Positions 63,194 to 64,000 of a stretch of DNA of 64,000 bases are shown here, piece after piece. This stretch comes from Defluviitaleaceae bacterium (GTDB taxonomy: Bacteria > Bacillota > Clostridia > Lachnospirales > WQUN01). Numbering within the stretch: position 1 is the first letter of the stretch; every line of letters begins with the position of its first letter. The position numbers and the translations under genes are program-made. The notes under the pieces are model-generated. The model was not told the origin of the DNA. It was given only the letters and a program-made list of their open reading frames with translations, and ran no database searches. Location of the stretch: the NCBI GenBank assembly GCA_009779835.1, contig WRBD01000002.1:20622-84621 (forward strand), written 5' to 3'.

Positions 63194-64000
63194 AGCATCT
63201 TTTTGTAATCAATCCTAGTGCAGCGAAGGTAAAAAATAATATTCCGCAACTTATAAATGAAATTTTAGATTTCTTTTCAAAAAACCGCCATTTGCGTTGT
63301 GAAATCCATGTAACGCGCTGGAAGCGGGACGCTTCCGGTTATGTGCATCGCTATCTTTCCGAAACGGACGAAACCGTTCGCATTCATAGTTTCGGTGGAA
63401 GCGGAACGCTTTTTGAAATTGTAAACGGCGCGGTGGGGCTTCCCAACGCGGAAATCGCGTCTTATCCTTTAGGCGAAAATAATGAATTTATTTTATATTT
63501 CGGAAAAGAATACGAGCATTTGTTTCGTTCGATTGAAACACAGGTTGCGTCGGGAACAACGCCTGTTGACGCGATTCGCAGCGGTAATGTTCACGGAATT
63601 TCGCATTCGCTTGTAGGGCTGGAAGCTCGTTCCAACCTGCACAGCATTGAAATGGCGGGACGTACAAAATTGCCCACGAATTATCGTTATATTTTACCGG
63701 CGTTAAAAGAAATTTTATTGGGCAAAGCGAAAGCCCAAAAATATAAAATTAATATTGACGGCGTTTCGTGTGACGGAAATTATATTTCAATAAATATTGC
63801 AAACGGCCCGTGCTACGGAAAAGAAATGTGCGCGGCAATTGACGCGCACCCAAACGACGGTTTTTTGGAAGTTTACATGATAAATGAAATGTCTGCGTTG
63901 AAACTTTTGACAATAATTAGCCCATACACAAAAGGTGAGTACAGAAAAGCCCCCAAATACGTAAAACATTTCAGCGGTAAAAAAATAGTAGTCAGTTCAA
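63190..64000 (+). CDS. Diacylglycerol/lipid kinase family (YegS/DagK-like) protein, 3' end beyond the window
   Basis: GTG start overlapping the kinase stop (GTGA). VKHLFVINPSAAKVKNN...RIHSFGGSGTLFEIVNG (GGDGT-type motif). The frame is open to nt 64000. It is absent from the ORF track because it has no stop inside the window. Confidence 0.65.
   Translation, partial: MKHLFVINPSAAKVKNNIPQLINEILDFFSKNRHLRCEIHVTRWKRDASGYVHRYLSETDETVRIHSFGGSGTLFEIVNGAVGLPNAEIASYPLGENNEFILYFGKEYEHLFRSIETQVASGTTPVDAIRSGNVHGISHSLVGLEARSNLHSIEMAGRTKLPTNYRYILPALKEILLGKAKAQKYKINIDGVSCDGNYISINIANGPCYGKEMCAAIDAHPNDGFLEVYMINEMSALKLLTIISPYTKGEYRKAPKYVKHFSGKKIVVSS

Overview
This is a 64-kb chromosomal window that looks like a spore-forming Clostridia-class Firmicute. 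That call rests on gene content only: mcsA-mcsB-clpC, veg, a DUF3794/LysM SipL-like gene, comEA, a HelD-like helicase, and many envelope proteins carrying copper-amine-oxidase-N-terminal-like 'stalk' domains. No database search was possible. Most of the window is housekeeping or envelope genes: the livH(3' end)-livM-livG-livF ABC transporter, a CBS/ACT protein, phosphoglucomutase, an M23 peptidase, TraB/GumN, a XerC/D-like recombinase, a DivIVA-domain protein, mutS, two RelE/ParE-type toxin-antitoxin loci, a GldF/GldG-like ABC-2 pair, and a signalling cluster (REC-HD-GYP, FIST, hybrid histidine kinase, lipid kinase). No rRNA, tRNA, CRISPR array, transposase or clear prophage was seen. Two clusters stand out as candidate uncharacterised systems. 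(1) 15818-25077, minus strand: a translationally coupled five-gene operon with its own promoter. It encodes a single-pass transmembrane vWA/MIDAS protein, an about 1110-aa tubulin/FtsZ-like GTPase (GLGGTG ... AGGTGSG), two unknown proteins (616 and 215 aa) and a zinc-ribbon P-loop GTPase. (2) 45751-50149, plus strand: an AT-rich four-gene cassette just downstream of comEA. It encodes an XRE-HTH/ImmA-IrrE metallopeptidase fusion, a radical SAM enzyme with a SPASM/twitch-like Cys motif, an HD-domain protein and a Cys-rich DUF2284-like protein, preceded by four phased GGTTGAY repeats. Other notable items: a structured intergenic RNA candidate of about 350 nt with a near-consensus promoter (52589-52970); a 1827-aa secreted S8 protease with a near-identical 621-nt internal tandem duplication; an in-frame TAG inside the H-box of a hybrid histidine kinase; an internally deleted ParE toxin beside an intact antitoxin; and a pair of homologous hairpin elements in a small accessory region.
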